Positions 55,870 to 58,706 of a stretch of 58,706 bases of DNA are shown here, in pieces. The position numbers were made by a program, and so were the translations under genes. The number at the start of each line of letters is the position of its first letter. Within the stretch, counting starts at the first letter, position 1. Source of the stretch: an uncultured Oscillospiraceae bacterium (GTDB lineage: Bacteria; Bacillota; Clostridia; Oscillospirales; Oscillospiraceae); assembly GCA_947625945.1 (NCBI GenBank), contig CANQQI010000001.1, positions 1-58,706 on the forward strand, read 5' to 3'. The notes under the pieces are model-generated. The model saw only the letters and a list, made by a program, of their open reading frames with translations. It was not told the origin of the DNA and ran no database searches.

Positions 55870-55911
55870 AAAAAAGTAGCTCCATTGGAGGTAACTCCAA
55901 CGAAGCTACTT
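55870..55911 (-). terminator. Phage terminator just downstream of the excised-form integrase stop codon
   Basis: AAGTAGCT..TTGGAG-GTAA-CTCCAA..AGCTACTT hairpin with an adjacent A run on the + strand. Confidence 0.7.
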
Positions 55912-55916
55912 GTAAT

Positions 55917-55999
55917 TTACAGTGGAAGAACCAAGACGAAGTACCGTTCTAGTAAATAAATAACGGCTGAGTTCGCTTGGCTCCCCATTGGTGACCCGT
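55917..55999 (-). other. Right attachment site and the 23-codon integrase C-terminus joined on excision
   Basis: In frame with int across the core: MGSQANSAVIYLLERYFVLVLPL-stop (TAA 55917-19). Confidence 0.8.
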
Positions 56000-56063
56000 A
56001 CGGGAATCGAACCCATGTTACCGCCGTGAAAGGGCGGTGTCTTAACCGCTTGACCAACGGGCC
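55989..56063 (-). tRNA. Host tRNA-Glu(TTC), integration target, intact
   Basis: GGCCCGTTGGTCAAGCGG..CTTTCAC..GGTTCGATTCCCGTACGGGTCACCA. Confidence 0.95.
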
Positions 56064-56139
56064 TGGTAGCGGCAATCTGATTCGAACAGATGACATACCG
56101 GGTATGAACCGGCTACTCTACCAACTGAGTTATGCCGCC
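56064..56139 (-). tRNA. Host tRNA with CAT anticodon (Met, elongator-type)
   Basis: GGCGGCATAACTCAGTTGGTAGAGT..TTCATAC..GTTCGAATC..GCCGCTACCA. Confidence 0.9.
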
Positions 56140-56180
56140 ATGTGGTCTCGGGGATAAGACACCGCCGAAACAGCTTCCTT

Positions 56181-56209
56181 ATTATAGCCAAGAAAGCATG
56201 GTTTGTCAA
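56181..56209 (-). promoter_or_regulatory. tRNA operon promoter
   Basis: TTGACA-17-TATAAT. Confidence 0.85.
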
Positions 56210-56268
56210 GGGAAATCCGGGAATTTTTCCAGGGATTTTTGGCAAGAATGTTTTTTGAGGTGAAAGAA

Positions 56269-56817
56269 ATGAAATTCGTGGAAAAAGCCGGCCTTTTTGT
56301 GCTGGGCGGCGTGGGCTATGTGCTGCTGGAGCTGCTCTGGCGGGGATGGAGCCACATCAGCATGTTTTTCGCCGGGGGAAGCTGCTTTTTGATTCTGGGG
56401 CGGCTGGACCGGGTCCGTCTGCCCCTGCCCGCCCGGTGGGCGGCAGGGGCCGGGGCGGTGACGGGGGTGGAGCTGGTCACCGGCCTGTTGGTGAACCGAG
56501 ATTACGGGGTGTGGGACTACCGGGGCCTGCCCCTGAACTTTATGGGGCAGATCTGCCTGCCCTTTACCCTGCTGTGGCTGCCGGTCAGCGCCGCCGCCAT
56601 GTATCTGTACCGACGGGCACAGGCTGTTCCCGCACTGCTCCGCCGGAACGGGCATCCCTCGGGGAGCGGCACCGGTAGCGCTACTTTGCCGCGCGGAAGC
56701 GGTACAGATCCCCCGCGGGGATGTACCACACCGGCACCCGGTCCCCGACCAGACCTGAGATCCACTCCTGGGCGTACTTCATCCCCAGCTCCTCCCAATT
56801 CAGGTGCCCCAGGTTGA
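56269..56817 (+). CDS. Putative ABC-transporter permease-like membrane protein (host)
   Basis: GGVGY..LELLWRG.SH.SMF; E..TG..VN..VWDY..P.NF.GQICL; 3' end overlaps the convergent gene. Confidence 0.75.
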   Translation: MKFVEKAGLFVLGGVGYVLLELLWRGWSHISMFFAGGSCFLILGRLDRVRLPLPARWAAGAGAVTGVELVTGLLVNRDYGVWDYRGLPLNFMGQICLPFTLLWLPVSAAAMYLYRRAQAVPALLRRNGHPSGSGTGSATLPRGSGTDPPRGCTTPAPGPRPDLRSTPGRTSSPAPPNSGAPG

Positions 56818-57541
56818 TCATGGCCTTGGGCCGGCCCTGCTGCGCCGCGTCCCGGAGATAGGACAGCACCGTCCAGTCAATGACCTCCCCGGGCAGGATT
56901 ACGTCCGCCCACTCCTCCAACGTGCGGATGACCTCGGCGCCGTATTCCATTTCCGTCCCGTCGGCCCGCCGGGCCCCGGCGAAGGCGGTGTGCAGGTGTC
57001 CCACCAGGGCCACCCTGCGCACCTTTTGGGCCGGATCTCCAATGTAGCGGACGCCGTTCAGGCCGATGGCCCCAATCAGACGGTCCATCAGCTCCCCCAG
57101 GGTGACCTCCGGAATGGTGATCAGGTAGTGCCGGTAGGGGCCGTGGGTCTCCACGGTGTACAGCCCCTCCCAGCCCAGGTGCCGGAGAACCCCGGTGAAG
57201 ATGCTGTCCGGCCGGTGGGCGTGCATATGGTCGTGATCCCGCCACACGGAGATGCCGAGCCGGGTCAGCAGCGCCGCCTTTTCCTGGAAGACCCGATTGG
57301 GGAAGTCCTCCTGCCAACCGGCGGGATCCCGGGAGGTGTAGAAGGTAGGCTCGTGGACCACCAGCAGATTGGCTCCCAGCAGGTCCGCCTGGCGGATCAC
57401 GTCCATGGTTGCCACCATGGCGGCGGCCACCCCGGTGCAGATGCCCTGCCCGTCCCCCCATTTCCAGCCGTCGCAGCCCCGATAATTGGGGATCGCCGGG
57501 TGATAGGCCAGAATGCGGTCCACTATTTCCTGTTTTGTCAT
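56681..57541 (-). CDS. Nif3-like dinuclear metal protein (host)
   Basis: CDGWKWGD, ANLLVVHEPTFY, HDHMH, GE, LGH..EE.GM. Confidence 0.85.
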   Translation of the reverse strand: MTKQEIVDRILAYHPAIPNYRGCDGWKWGDGQGICTGVAAAMVATMDVIRQADLLGANLLVVHEPTFYTSRDPAGWQEDFPNRVFQEKAALLTRLGISVWRDHDHMHAHRPDSIFTGVLRHLGWEGLYTVETHGPYRHYLITIPEVTLGELMDRLIGAIGLNGVRYIGDPAQKVRRVALVGHLHTAFAGARRADGTEMEYGAEVIRTLEEWADVILPGEVIDWTVLSYLRDAAQQGRPKAMINLGHLNWEELGMKYAQEWISGLVGDRVPVWYIPAGDLYRFRAAK

Positions 57542-57611
57542 GGCGTGTCCGTCCTTTCTGTGTAAAAAGCCGCCGCCCAGGGGTACCGGGCGGCGGTTGA
57601 ATTTTAAATTC

Positions 57612-58520
57612 TTATTCACCCTGGGTGGGATCGGTGGTCTCCGGCGGAACGACCCGCTTGGCGACGACCACAAACCGGCCGTTGTTCAGGGTGTATTCGC
57701 AGGTGGACAGGGTGATTAGCTTGTCCCCATACTGGGCGGTGACGCCGGTATCGTAGAACTGCCGGTCCTTGATCGCCTTGATAAACTCGTTGAACTCCGC
57801 CTCGCTGCCGGCGTTCACAAACTTGTGGTAGGGATAGCCGCCCTCGGAGGTGTACCCGGAGGTCTTGAACACCGCGATGATCTGGTACTCATATTTTTCC
57901 GTCAGAGTCTCAAAGGTGAAGGTGGGGTGGGCCTTGTAGAAATCCTCGTATTGATATTGCAGGAGCCCGGCGAACATGGAGCCGTCCTTCATATTGTGGC
58001 CATAGATGGTCATATTGTCGGAGGGCGTCACAACGTCGCAGTCCTCCTTCACATAGAGGCAGCCATGGGTGGAGTACTCCTTATAAAAGTCCTTTTGCAG
58101 ATAGTAATCCTTGGAATCGGGGTGCTGCATGACGGGGTATTCCATAGCCAGCACGCCATCCATGGACAGGTATCCTACGATATCCGTATTCAGCCGGTAA
58201 AGCTCCGCCATGGACTGCCAAATGACCCGATCCTCGTTCGTGATGGGGTCCTTGATGGTGATCAGCTCATCTACGAAGGGGGGCTCGGTGGACTCAGTGC
58301 CCGCGGTAGAGTCGGTGGCGTCCGGATCGGTGGGGTCAGTACCGATGTTGGAGCCGGTGCCGGAGGGGGTGATACTGGGCTGATTGTGCTTGTCCGCGAG
58401 GTCACTAAATTGATCGGCGCTATGTATGGACTGATAGACGTAATCCACGAGGAAATAGCCGCTGACCAGGAAGACGCAGCAGAACACAATCAACAGCAGG
58501 ATGCTCAAGGAACGCTTCAT
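57612..58520 (-). CDS. srtB: Class B sortase (host)
   Basis: N-terminal TM; YPVMQ..YYL, IYGHNMKDGSMF, ITLSTC, GRFVV. Confidence 0.92.
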   Translation of the reverse strand: MKRSLSILLLIVFCCVFLVSGYFLVDYVYQSIHSADQFSDLADKHNQPSITPSGTGSNIGTDPTDPDATDSTAGTESTEPPFVDELITIKDPITNEDRVIWQSMAELYRLNTDIVGYLSMDGVLAMEYPVMQHPDSKDYYLQKDFYKEYSTHGCLYVKEDCDVVTPSDNMTIYGHNMKDGSMFAGLLQYQYEDFYKAHPTFTFETLTEKYEYQIIAVFKTSGYTSEGGYPYHKFVNAGSEAEFNEFIKAIKDRQFYDTGVTAQYGDKLITLSTCEYTLNNGRFVVVAKRVVPPETTDPTQGE

Positions 58521-58706
58521 TTCAAATTTTCCTCCCTTTACAGGTTTCACGAAAACCTTATACAGTATAGCACAGGTTTAGCCGGATTTCAAGTCGGTTT
58601 TCTATAGTTTTCATATTGTTAAAAAAGAGGTACCCGGCACCGTTGACCAGACGGTGCCGGGTATTCAGAGAGAAAAAAGAGAGGTAATAAAAATGAAAAC
58701 ACTTCA

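Larger units (their letters stand above)
67..55999. mobile_element. Apparently complete temperate prophage (myovirus-type: lambda-like head, P2-like contractile tail) integrated at the 3' end of tRNA-Glu
   Basis: TGGTGACCCGT direct repeat at 67-77 and 55989-55999, the right copy being the tRNA-Glu 3' end; integrase, immunity, replication, packaging, head, tail and lysis modules in canonical order. Confidence 0.95.

Noticed and set aside
1-58706. CRISPR array or cas genes
   Set aside because: No regularly spaced repeat-spacer series was seen; the 5976-6587 nuclease fits a Sak4-linked recombination exonuclease

Overview
Nearly the whole window (67-55999) is one apparently complete ~56-kb temperate prophage of a Firmicutes (Clostridia/Oscillospiraceae-like) host. 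It has a lambda-type head, a P2-type contractile tail and a large serine integrase, and it sits in the 3' end of a host tRNA-Glu(TTC) gene with an 11-bp core, TGGTGACCCGT, at both ends. The remaining 2.7 kb is host DNA: tRNA-Glu, tRNA-Met, a membrane protein, a Nif3-like protein and a class B sortase. The most interesting observations are: (1) the att site lies inside the integrase gene, so the excised form gains a 23-aa tail, a stop codon and a terminator, while the integrated form runs without a stop into the host tRNA terminator; (2) a five-gene operon just before the terminases (sodium:solute symporter, two PP-loop/PAPS-reductase-like enzymes, two ParB-like proteins) with an SD-sequestering leader, a candidate substrate-importing DNA-modification system; (3) a ~1.1-kb non-coding block with two tRNAs (Glu-TTC, Ile-TAT) and two tRNA mimics, one with a shortened anticodon arm and one with a ~150-nt structured insert; (4) tail-fibre genes linked by recurring terminal motifs, plus an extra putative tip gene behind a G10 tract that could phase-vary translational coupling; (5) a hammerhead-like ribozyme in the right-end accessory operon. 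All calls come from reading sequence motifs by eye; no database searches or folding programs were run.
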